Source: Octopus sinensis
Taxonomy: Eukaryota
Reading direction: 5' to 3'
Length of the DNA stretch: 22,296 nt
Assembly (NCBI RefSeq): GCF_006345805.1
Contig: NW_021823560.1
Coordinates: 1 to 22,296 of the forward strand
Below are positions 1 to 9,774 of the stretch, in pieces (the stretch's first letter is position 1; the number at the start of each line of letters is the position of its first letter). The notes under the pieces were generated by a model, which saw only the letters and a program-made list of their open reading frames with translations, was not told the origin of the DNA and did not search any database. A program made the translations under genes and the position numbers.

Positions 1-36
<36 letters not shown>

Positions 37-205
37 ACATATATACGACGGGCTTCTTCAGTTTCGTCTACCAAATCCACTCACAAGGCATTGGTCGCCC
101 GAGGCTATAGTAGAAGACAATAGCCCAAGGTGCCACGCAGTGGGACTAAACCTGCAAGCATGTGGCTGGTTAGCAAGCTACTTACCACACAGCCACTCCT
201 GCGCC
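1..205 (-). mobile_element. tRNA-derived SINE, family A (5' half; (TA)n tract runs to window edge)
   Basis: Reverse complement reads GGCGCAGGAGTGGCTGTGTGGTAAGTAGCTTGC...GGCACCTTGGGC...TTGTGAGTGGATTTGGTAGAC, near-identical to copies at 10921, 14586-15049 and 16181; A-box-like TGGCTGTGTGG present. Confidence 0.92.
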
Positions 206-269
206 TAGTAGAAAAGAATATATATGAATGTATGCCTCTCAGTGTGTGTGTGTGTGTGTGAAATATGTA

Positions 270-415
270 TGGCATTTGCTTCATAAGCTTGCGACATTGA
301 GTTTAGTTCCACTGCGCAGCCACCTGGGCAAGGGTTTTCTGTTATAGCACCAGGTCGACCAGTGATCTGTAAGTGAATTTTGTAGAAAGAATCTGTGCTG
401 TAGGCCGTAGTGCAT
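270..415 (+). mobile_element. Old, degraded SINE family A copy (5' half)
   Basis: aagcttgc...gagtttagttccactgcgcagccacctgggcaagggttttctgttatagc...gtcgacc...tgtaagtgaattttgtaga aligns colinearly with the family A head and centre. Confidence 0.7.
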
Positions 416-421
416 ACATAT

Positions 422-1015
422 AAGCGCAAGCGTGTTTTTGGAGGTTCGCGAACCTCAATGATTTGTGATGGTTCTCATATCACTCGATGGCCAACCGGTG
501 CTCTTTTGCTTTGCTTCGTAGTGACATTATCAGTTTAACACAAAACAAAAAAATGGAAAACAATGCGGATAGCTTTGATACAATAGTAAGTCCTAGGGCG
601 ATTCGCTCCACTAAAACCTTGCAGATTATGTCCCAGTATGACCGCAAATCAATGACTGACAGGAAGAACATAATAAAATATAAATGTCAAGATATACGCA
701 AAAATACACACTCAAACACGAACAAATACGCGCGTGCATATGTATAAGGTTTTACAGTTGATATTGCTGGGCGTTTTCCCGATAATTGTGATTTGGTTAT
801 TAATCGGGTTCTTTTTTAGACAGCCAACTTTTAATATCAGCCTCTGTGTATGTATATACTATTCATTTTTGCATAATAGCAATCAAATTAACCCTTTACT
901 TGCCTTGATTCGTGATCCGAAATTGATTATATTCCGAACGAAAACATCCGTGAAATTGCTTCCCTTATACGGTACGCAGAACAATGAATTAACGAGCACA
1001 GATACTGTTTTATGC
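422..1015 (+). pseudogene. Frameshifted class A (rhodopsin-like) GPCR fragment, ECL2-TM5-ICL3-TM6-TM7-helix 8 (candidate)
   Basis: Joining frames at a -1 indel (~535) and a +4 GTAT duplication (~741) gives ...MICDGSHITRWPTGALLLCFVVTLSVLTQNKKMENN...KYARAYKVLQLILLGVFPIIVIWLLIGFFF-RQPTFNIS-LCVCIYYSFLHNSNQINPLLALIRDPKL. P-x6-C-F resembles TM5 P-x6-C-Y, GVF...WL resembles TM6, and NS..NP resembles TM7. Confidence 0.5.
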
Positions 1016-1039
1016 ATGTATATATATTATATATATATA

Positions 1040-1081
<42 letters not shown>

Positions 1082-1126
1082 TATATATATGTTTTTGGTG
1101 TTGTATATATATATATATATATATAT

Positions 1127-1221
<95 letters not shown>

Positions 1222-1310
1222 TGTATATATATATATATGTATGTATGTACATATGCATATCTATATATTTATACATACATGTGTGTCTGCACGTATATGC
1301 ATGTATATAA
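1016..1310. repeat. (TA)n / (TATG)n microsatellite tract
   Basis: Direct reading. Confidence 0.97.
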
Positions 1311-1975
1311 ACGCATTCATATTCATTCATACCCATCAGCGCGCTCAAAAAGACGCACACACAACTATATATGCATAACATAATGGGTGATGCATTTGGA
1401 TAGTTTTCCTTTGGTAATTGCCATTGTTTCTCTCGTAACTTATGTCCTTTGACAAACATATTTTTTGTGCGTCCATGTTATTGCATTATAACGGCTATGA
1501 TGCCTTGTCAATATATTAGGAAACAGCAGCAAGGTTTTTTTTGGAGTTCTTTTCTATAAATACAAGAAAATACAAGAAAATACAATACAACACCCTGCAA
1601 AATAGTGAATGAGAATTTTAATCGTCAAAAGTATCTATCAGTCACTATCACAAAAATTTAGCTTTCGTTTTCTAGACGGTACTAATAGGCACAATTCACA
1701 CTGCATCAATAAAATAATACCCATGCAACATAAAGAACATTCCTCTTCTTCAGTTGTCCTTGTGTCATATATTCCGCGTCAAGAATGCAAGGACAAAACG
1801 CCACTTCGCTGAAACAGTCCTTCCCGCAAAACAAATTAAATAAAATTTGGGATTTCTTTTTGCGGAGGGTGAAAGTGGTAATATTTACATAAATATACAT
1901 ACATAATTACACACACATATACACATCACATATATTTGTAGTGTAAATATGATGTTGTAAGTAATTTTATTCTTA

Positions 1976-2961
1976 CTAGTGGGACCCGTGAATATTTCAC
2001 GGAATTAATGGAAAACGTACTGGGTTATTTCTGAAACCTTTAGCCAATAAACCTGAAAGCGTAGCATGTGCTGTGTTTGTATGGAAAGAGCGTCGCTCAT
2101 CTGCTGTTCATTGAAGACTGAAAGAAATTGGAATACGATAACTACCTAGCGCACTTTATATATACACTTACTATTCTTTCTGCACAATTTTGTAGACTTA
2201 ATACACAGAACTCGTATAATAAATATTCACTCTTATTTTACCATAATTTCCTATAAACAAACAAAAATCAAAAAATATCCAGTACATATGATACAACCTT
2301 TAGTTAAATAGCATATATCTTCTACGTAAATAAGTGTGAATATTTCGCGGAATTGCACTTATGTACATGCGTTAATTGATACGTTAATTGATATTTAAAA
2401 ATTAGTTTAGTTAAAGAAAAATGCAATTTTCACTATCCAATCACTAACACAGCTCCTCCACCACTAACACTACCTCCATTTCCACCATCCTCATCATCTC
2501 CCCTCCTCCTCTCTCTCACTCACTCTATCCTATATCCATTCCCCTTCTCTGTCTCCCTCCCTTTCCTCTCTCTCTTAGCCTGTCTTTAACCTCACCATCA
2601 GAACATCACCCCCTCTGCTAAAAGTATAGTTTTAACTCTCCTCCTCTACCTTCAACTAACTTTTTCAACCACGTAATAAACTTTACGTTCCACCCACCAC
2701 ATGTCATGGACGTTTCTCTCTGCTTCTTTTTGTCTCACCTTTCGACTTATCCTCATTTTCTCTCCCTTTTCTTCCTCCTCTCTTTCCCTTGAATTAATCA
2801 CGTGAAGGCTTTACAATTACATTCCCTCTACCTCACGTCATTGATGTTTCTACCCCCCTCTTTTACTCTATCCCTTTTTCTTTCTCCCTCTATTTCTCTA
2901 ATCACGTGAAAGCGTTACCGACGGGCTAAGTAAGGTAATGACAAGCAGAATTATTATAAGA
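1976..2961 (-). mobile_element. Non-autonomous Helitron (about 986 bp)
   Basis: Minus strand starts A|TCTTATAATAA (2962|2961) and ends CCGTGAA-ATA-TTCACGG (perfect 7-bp hairpin, 1986-2002) then GTCCCACTAG|T (CTAG 1976-1979). Inserted in an A|T target with no TSD; CT-rich interior; no Rep/helicase ORF seen. Confidence 0.8.
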
Positions 2962-3013
2962 TGACCAACTTAATAATGTCACTCCTGATGAAAATAGATC
3001 CGAATGATTTAAA

Positions 3014-3048
3014 AACATGACATTTCGATGCTCTCTTCTTCAGTGTCA
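3014..3048 (-). ncRNA. Degenerate minimal hammerhead-like motif
   Basis: TGACA-CTGAAGA-A-GA(GAGCA)TC-GAAA-TGTC-ATGTT: canonical CUGANGA core, GAAA and GUC triplet, but only a 2-bp stem II, ATGT instead of ACGT, and an out-of-register stem I. Confidence 0.3.
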
Positions 3049-3723
3049 GAGAAATTAGCTTTTAACTCACAGACTTCGACGTAAATGTCGATATACAACC
3101 CTTACCGAAAGATATATCATACTTCCTATACCCTCAACTATATTCTTCCTCGTATCTGCTGTTGAAGAATTTTTTTCTATTTGCACTTACCGCAATGCAC
3201 CCTAACAACATCGATGCGAATAATTACAAGTAAATTTATTCACAGTGAATATCTAATTCAAGAATGCATTTGCATATATTCGAAATAATCATTTACACAG
3301 AAGAAAACGAAAATAAAAGTAATTATAATTTTCCCCCCAAAATTGCACTTTACATTGGAATGACATACATCAAAATGGCTGATATATTGAAAGTTTTCCC
3401 AAATTTCTTTTCTTATCTTTTCTTCGTGTTTTTTTCGAGGCCTGTTGCTGCTTGTACTAGCGCACAAAAGCACGATGATTATAGAGCACGGAAATAACTG
3501 GGGTTTTTGTATAGTCTCTGACTTGAGAGCCCTGAATCGAATTAAGGTAAAATGAGATTTCTACAAAAAGAAAGGACGAACAATTCGTACATTCTTTTCA
3601 AGAGCTTAATTATGTTATTTTCTCATAATATTCGGCATTGTGACAAATTTTTCAGTTTTCAAGATATCTACATATATTGATTCAACATATATACACGGAG
3701 TTGACATATATACTTTGCTTCAA

Positions 3724-3955
3724 GGCGACGAGCTGGCAGAAACGTTAGCACGCCGGGCGAAATACGTAGCCGTATTTCGTCTGCCGTTACGTTCTGGGTT
3801 CAAATTCCGCCGAGGTCGACTTTGCCTTTCATCCTTTCGGGGTTGATAAATTAAGTACCAGTTACGCATTGGGGTCAATGTAATCGACTTAATCCGTTTG
3901 TCTGTCCTTGTTTGTCCCCTCTTTGTGTTTAGCCCCTTGTGGGTAGTAAAGAAAT
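3724..3955 (+). mobile_element. tRNA-derived SINE, family B, full length
   Basis: GGCGACGAGCTGGCAGAAACGTTAGCACGCCGGGCGAAAT...GGGTTCAAATTCC (B-box-like)...CTTTCATCCTTTCGGGG...TAGTAAAGAAAT; matches copies at 9561, 16924, 21101 and 21346. Confidence 0.93.
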
Positions 3956-4019
3956 ATATATATAATTTGCATCCTCTTATTATTCATAATGCTCAATACT
4001 TGTAGCATGCGTAATCGCA

Positions 4020-4160
4020 CACTTTAAGCGAGTTATTCCCAAGTTACACGATATTGGGTTCGATTCCACAGCTAGAGCTTCGGAAATTTTCTTCAACTTA
4101 CGAATATTTCGTAAATAAGCCTTGTAGATTGAAAAAAGCGCGTAAGATAATGATGTTTAC
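4020..4160 (+). mobile_element. Highly degraded tRNA-derived SINE relic (tentative)
   Basis: Perfect Pol III B box GGTTCGATTCC at 4057-4067; the flanks resemble family A only weakly. Confidence 0.3.
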
Positions 4161-4477
4161 ATAACCGTTTTGGAATTGGTTTAGATAAGCTTTAGTACTA
4201 ATATCTCGCTCTCAGATTCCATTGGTCGATATTGTTTTGTTTCACACCAACAGCATCGTGTCTGTGGAGAAATAAATATATATTCATCAGCAGATGTAGG
4301 ATCAATGGAAGAGGGCTTGTGTACCTGGATTAATCTTCTGACGAGTAATATTAAATAATATCCATTCTATCCGACAACGACAGCGATTTGAACCGTCTTT
4401 CAAAGTCTTCACACATATCATGTTCCTTATTTCACACGTGACGTACCTGGGTCATAGAAAAAATATGGTCGATGCAT

Positions 4478-4491
4478 GAGTGAGAGAGAGA

Positions 4492-4548
<57 letters not shown>
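4478..4548. repeat. (GA)n microsatellite
   Basis: Direct reading. Confidence 0.97.
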
Positions 4549-4550
<2 letters not shown>

Positions 4551-5834
4551 CCTTGTAAAGGTATATAAAGGAATTCAGAAGTGCTTAACTTATTAAGTAG
4601 TCAATGGGATTCCGCACGATTTCTAGGAACGCTAATGTCTTTATTGATGTCATCTGCCCTTGTATAGATGATGTAGCTTTCGTTCTGCCAGTGTCTCCAC
4701 ATCGTGTCACAAACCAGTGTGTGACCTTAGATCAAAATTGAAGGTTTAGATCCTAAAAGGTCCGACAATTAACACTCTCTATTAGTAGACACGACACACC
4801 TGTAGCAGATCATAGTTGATCTTTTGACTAAAGCTACGATTTAGCCACATATTGCGACATTTCTGATTTTCCCAGTCATTCATTGTTTAAATGTAATAAA
4901 AAAAATATTTCCTACAACCGTCTTCCATATAGAGTTTAGAATTCGGAACATTATGATTGTTTAATTAAATGCTAATGGCTGAATGTGAATAAACGATGTT
5001 AATGCAGTTGTATCGTTGTGGATAAATTCTGTGTCTTTAACACTGTCTTTGTTAAATCGATATCTCTGTTTAACTGAATATCAATCAAAGTAGCCATCTT
5101 TATTTGTATTTCTGGATTTGTTTTCATTTTATGTTTCAATTAAATTTTAATTATGATATGAATATTTCTATTTTTTGCTAGCGCTCGTAACGTGATACGT
5201 TTATTATCACCACTACTAGTTTACGACAACAACAACGAATACTAATTTTTCTACTCTTAATGTTTTAAAGTCGATTACTATTCATAAGAGTAATAATACG
5301 GATAAGGTTACCATTACAAATATGACGAATAATACACTCTCTCACATGGCATGATACGGCAGTTCGTGTGTACTACACCTCATTATATGATTCTAATTTT
5401 CGAGTCCGGCCATCTGTAATCGAGATAACATTTAATATGGCATTTAATATAACGTAAACCCTTCAGACTACACAAACACTACTTTTCAATTTTACAGCTA
5501 ATTTTCTGATTAAAATCACTATTCGTTGACTCCAGGCTGTTGAATTTTGTTTAAGGTTCAGTTAGAATGAAAACAATTACTGTTCACGACCTTCACAAGC
5601 TTTTCAAGGTTACTCAGATTCATAAGTTCATGTTCATATGAAATATATCTAAAGCGTTGAGCTGGCGTTGAGCTTTGCCATACCGCAAATAGTTTACAAA
5701 CTAATATAGGATTCCTTGTCATCAACTCATAAAAATAGTGTGAATGACGAAGTATTGATGGGCACCTCACTGTGTGTATGTGACTGACCTTATAGTCGTT
5801 AGTTGAGAAGGACTTGGGTGAGATTCATAGACAA

Positions 5835-6215
5835 CATTGCATGTTTTTTTCGAATTTCTTAAGGAGACAGGGAAAAACATGCAAAGAAAAACATTTACAC
5901 TGTTTATCTTAATGGTGTGAATGTTCGGAAAAGAGAAAGGAGTTTTAGCAAATTTATAAAAGGTAGTTTGATTTTTGGATGGTCATCGATCAAGAAGACC
6001 AACTGTTCTGAATAATAACGCAGAGAGAACAGAGAGAGGAGAAATCCACGTCGAAATATCGGAGACTCCGATGCTAAATAAACCTTGGTCCCCTGTACGA
6101 AATCATCTGAAGCAGATTCAGAAGACTACAGTGAAGCGTAGTGGTTATCCCACCAAATGTTGCTCGAGAATAAAAATATGCCTTCAATAATTTGCAACAG
6201 TTTGCAACAATTTGC
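5835..6215 (+). mobile_element. Decayed mariner (Tc1/mariner DD34D-type) transposase, N-terminal DNA-binding region and linker
   Basis: Three frames stitch to HCMF.../AKKNIYTVYLNGVNVRKRERSFSKFIKG/LDGHRSRRPTVL...LNKPWSPVRNHLKQIQK/WLSHQMLLENKNMPSIICNSL. These match mariner motifs WFxKFxxG, RSGRP, HLKQIGK and WVPHEL in the correct order; truncated by the (CATA)n array; TIRs not identified. Confidence 0.75.
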
Positions 6216-6721
6216 TCATACATACATACATACGTACATAGAAACATTCAGGCATACATACATACATACATACATGCATAGAAACATACAGGCATACACA
6301 CATACATACATACATATATACATAGAAACATACAGGCATACACACACATACATACATACATACATATATACATACATACATAGAAACATACAGGCATACA
6401 CACATACATACATACATACATACAGGCATAATACATACATAGAAACATACATATATACACACATACATACATACAAACATACATACATACAATCATACAC
6501 ACATACATACATACATAATACATACATAGAAACATACAGGCATACATACACATACATACATACATACATACATACATAGAAACATACATGCATACACACA
6601 TACATACATACATACACATACATACATACACACATACATACATACATATATACATACATACATATATACATACACACACACATACATACATATACATACA
6701 TACATACATACATACATACAA
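6215..6721. repeat. Compound (CATA)n array with higher-order CATAGAAACATACAGGCATACACA units
   Basis: Direct reading; source of the overlapping pseudo-ORFs at 6157-6887. Confidence 0.95.
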
Positions 6722-6730
6722 ACAAAAATA

Positions 6731-7035
6731 CTCTGTTGTCGATGTTAAAATGCCAATGAAGGAGCCTTCGATCCAGGTTAGAAACCGGCTTCTTCTCTAA
6801 GGGCCAGAAATTGTGAAATAAAACCGAATAATAACATAGATAATACATACCTAGAAGGATACCCTGTTGATGTTGCTGAAATTCCAATGAAGAAGCTTTG
6901 GATCTCGGTTAGAAACCGGCTCTTTGTCTATTGGCAAGAAATCTTGAAATAAAACTGAAAAATGCCACACATACATAGGTACGTACGTACATACATATAT
7001 ACTTACATACATACATACGTACATACATACATAGT
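6731..7035 (+). repeat. Two diverged tandem copies (about 131-bp period) of a retroposon-like 3' end with CATA tails
   Basis: 6731-6833 and 6862-6962 share CTGTTG...CCAATGAAG(G/A)AGC(C/T)TT.GATC...GGTTAGAAACCGGCT...GAAATAAAAC(C/T)GAA, each followed by CATA-like tail sequence. Confidence 0.75.
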
Positions 7036-7989
7036 GGTCTGTGATATACGTACTATCGTATAAGTTTATCGACACCACAAATTATACATATCGGTGATCA
7101 CGCACGTATCCCACGCCATTTGCAATATTTTCCCATATTAATAAATGATCTACCTTATTATTAATTGGCGAGGAATACAGATATGAAATAATGGCGTGTG
7201 GATGGGTGTAGATATTGGAAGAATTTGGATGAGAAATACAATGCAAGAGAAGTCTGAAGAGAGAATATGGACAAAGAAATAGACATAGAGAGAGAGTCAG
7301 AGTATGAGAGAAAGAGGGAAAGAAGATACCATCAAATGATAAAGCCTTAATTTATTAGAAGGATATAAAAGGATATAAACATAGCGACTAATATCCGCAA
7401 TCTATAAATTCCGCTACAATAACGATAATTATAGTTTAATTAAATTTCATTAAAGTGGAAATTTCCATCAGTGAGAATGTGAAATTGTTCAATTAAACTA
7501 TACTCTTGTTTCTTTCACTCACTCTCTCCTTCATCCCTTATTCTTTCTTCCCCTCTCTTCATCCCTCTCCTGCAATTTTTCCCCATTCTTATATCTATTA
7601 CATTTTCTGTCTCCGTCTCTCATTCTCTCTGTCTCTCCTTCTGTATATCTCTGGATATATTCTCTAAATAGTCATCTTACCTACTCATGTGTACACGCTG
7701 CTAACATCATGGCAATTATCGCCTTGATTTAATAGACTTTCAATAACATCACTGCTATCTAAACAATTACTTCTCAGATATTATTACCTGTGTGTTTATC
7801 AATGTCAGATTTATCTGGCTCATTCGCACAAAATTCTCGGTCTATGGAACCAAAGGTCGTGAGCTTATATCACGTTACAGACGCAGCATTGTATATTTTC
7901 ATATAATATTTACCATTCAGTGACGCAGTGATGAAATTCAGAGATACGCCCCAGGCAACAGAATGTAGTCGATGTGTGTGAGTGTGAGC

Positions 7990-8020
<31 letters not shown>

Positions 8021-8154
8021 CACACACAAACATGAGAGAGAATCTCTCATATCTCATATACCTCTCAAGTGAATCTCAGTTTTTTATGCGCTAAACCACT
8101 TGGGGTTAAATTGATGTTATTAAATTAATATCTATTTTTTTATCCTTATTTTGA

Positions 8155-8189
<35 letters not shown>

Positions 8190-8192
<3 letters not shown>

Positions 8193-8390
8193 AGATGTAC
8201 TTGCATAGCGAGTGACTTGATCTGAGATCGTGTGCTGGGACGAAAACAATTGCGTGGAAGTTGTTTATAAGCCATTTAAGAAACACACAAAAACCGTTAG
8301 ATTCACTTCAATATTTAAATTTAATTTGGCAAAATATTTTCGTCGCTTTGAGACCGTGACCTGTTCACTGACAAAACCTCTTGCTGCATC
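8190..8390 (-). mobile_element. (TA)n-embedded repeat fragment, probable Penelope-like pseudo-LTR/non-autonomous derivative
   Basis: Sharply bounded 200-bp island between (TA)n tracts; carries a hammerhead-like fold (next feature). Confidence 0.5.
8325..8375 (-). ncRNA. Minimal type I hammerhead-like ribozyme with G3-C8 swapped core
   Basis: TTTGTCA-[GTGAACA]-G-GTCAC(GGTCTCAAA)GCGAC-GAA-AATATT-T-TGCCAAA: stem I 6/7 pairs, stem II 4/5 pairs, palindromic stem III AATATT, UUU cleavage triplet. Confidence 0.55.
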
Positions 8391-8425
<35 letters not shown>

Positions 8426-8432
8426 ATATATT

Positions 8433-8575
8433 GGGACTAAGTCGACATCGACCCTCATCGCTCTATTAGAATGTACTTTATCGATCCGGAAATGATGAAA
8501 GGTAAAGCCGACCTCAGCTGAATTTGAACTTAGAACCATCAAGCATTTCCCCAGTTTCCTAACGACCTCTCCACG
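8433..8575 (-). mobile_element. Degraded, partial SINE family B copy
   Basis: ctaagtcgacatcgaccc...gtactttatcgatccggaaatgatgaaaggtaaagccgacctcagctgaatttgaact is the reverse complement of the family B centre and head. Confidence 0.8.
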
Positions 8576-9087
8576 TTATAATATAATATAATGTAATATA
8601 ATATTAAAATATTACTATCAGTAATCAGAAATTCTAGGAAGAGGTGAAGGGCAGAAGGCCTTCAAGGTGAATATGTTCCCTTCTCATGCAAGTGTTTAAG
8701 GTGACCAGACAACATCCAGGGATTGACGCTTGCAGAGCACAACCATTGCTGTCACATTCTTCTGTGCTGCTATCTGAATTGCAATTTACTTCTTCCAAGG
8801 TGTTCAAGGTAATCCCCAAAATAAGGTATACTGGTTACCGCAATAAACTTTGTTTGAGACACCTTTTTGAGCGTAAGATATATTATGTCTTTTCGAATAC
8901 ACTTTTATTCTGCCTTGACCAGATACATTTGAAGCTCTTCTCAGTTGCTTCTGGAATATAATAAACATAATATAACGGGAATATAATATGAAATGCAAAA
9001 TATAGTCAAAATATTGGATAAATATAGCATCCAAACAAAATAAACACATCTAATACTAAAATATAATGTAGTTATATGATTTTGTCA

Positions 9088-9402
9088 TCTCTCTAATTAT
9101 ACACGGCAAAATGTCTGTCTGTGTGTGTGTCCTTTATACAAATCGACAATTTTCCAGTTAGAGGGATCGCACTTGCTATGGTCATTTAAAATCGTCCAAG
9201 GATGGTCGTGCACATCTTTACATTTCCCCAGTTATCCCGCAAAGCCATTAGAAAATCAATAGAAGTGACTTTTTTGTGAATTTTCTTTCCAAAACCTAAT
9301 CAAGATGCCTGAAACTTGATACCCCAACTGAATGCCAGCTAGCTGTATGTGATTGGTCGGAGATTTGGACAGTACTCGCGTGTTGCCGGGTCATAGTGCT
9401 AG
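9088..9402 (+). mobile_element. Short non-autonomous Helitron (about 315 bp)
   Basis: Starts A|TCTCTCTAATTATACACGGCAAAATG (9087|9088); ends with an imperfect hairpin ACTCG...CGGGT (9374-9391) then CATAGTGCTAG|T (CTAG 9399-9402); A|T target, no TSD. Confidence 0.75.
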
Positions 9403-9560
9403 TTTTAATGTAAAACAATAATATTACCACCAGAAGGTCAATAACTGGTAGGTACCGTAGAGCATAGAGTTTAGATGACTCCTTTGTGTGCCCCTTCGGA
9501 TTGTCACCGGTCGAGTGCCATTTTGTCGTTTGATGCGGTAGAAGAGATCAAATATATTAT

Positions 9561-9774
9561 ACTTCTTTATTGCCTACACGGAGTTAAACATAGAGAGGAC
9601 AAGCAAGAACAGACAAACGGATTAAGTCGATTATATCGACCCCAGTGCGTAACTGGTACTTATTTAATCGACCCCGAAAGAATGAAAGGCAAAGTCGACC
9701 TCGGCGGAATTTGAACTCAGAACATAGCGGCAGACGAAAAACCGCTAAGTATTTCTCCCGGCGTGCTAACCGCC
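9561..9774 (-). mobile_element. SINE family B, near full length with a short deletion in the head
   Basis: Colinear reverse-complement match to the 3724 copy; the GAGCTGGCAGAAAC region is missing. Confidence 0.92.

Noticed and set aside
1340-1560. TM4/ECL2-like hydrophobic peptide [23 protein letters not shown]
   Set aside because: Multiple stops, located downstream of the TM7-like segment, and AT-rich DNA readily gives such peptides
3724-3830. SINE heads as tRNA genes
   Set aside because: A/B-box-like motifs are present, but there is no full cloverleaf and they continue into SINE bodies in every copy
6157-6887. Long ORFs up to 223 aa rich in YICM/HTY
   Set aside because: Translations of (CATA)n microsatellite, open on both strands because the repeat lacks stop codons; the same applies to 1046-1459, 13250-13919, 17935-18246 and 19273-19936
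7200-7660. Purine-rich block followed by a pyrimidine-rich block (fold-back or triplex idea)
   Set aside because: Only compositional complementarity; no specific inverted repeat could be aligned
8634-8961. Overlapping short ORFs on both strands (Cys-rich 61 aa; 91 aa)
   Set aside because: No recognisable domain or consistent splice signals
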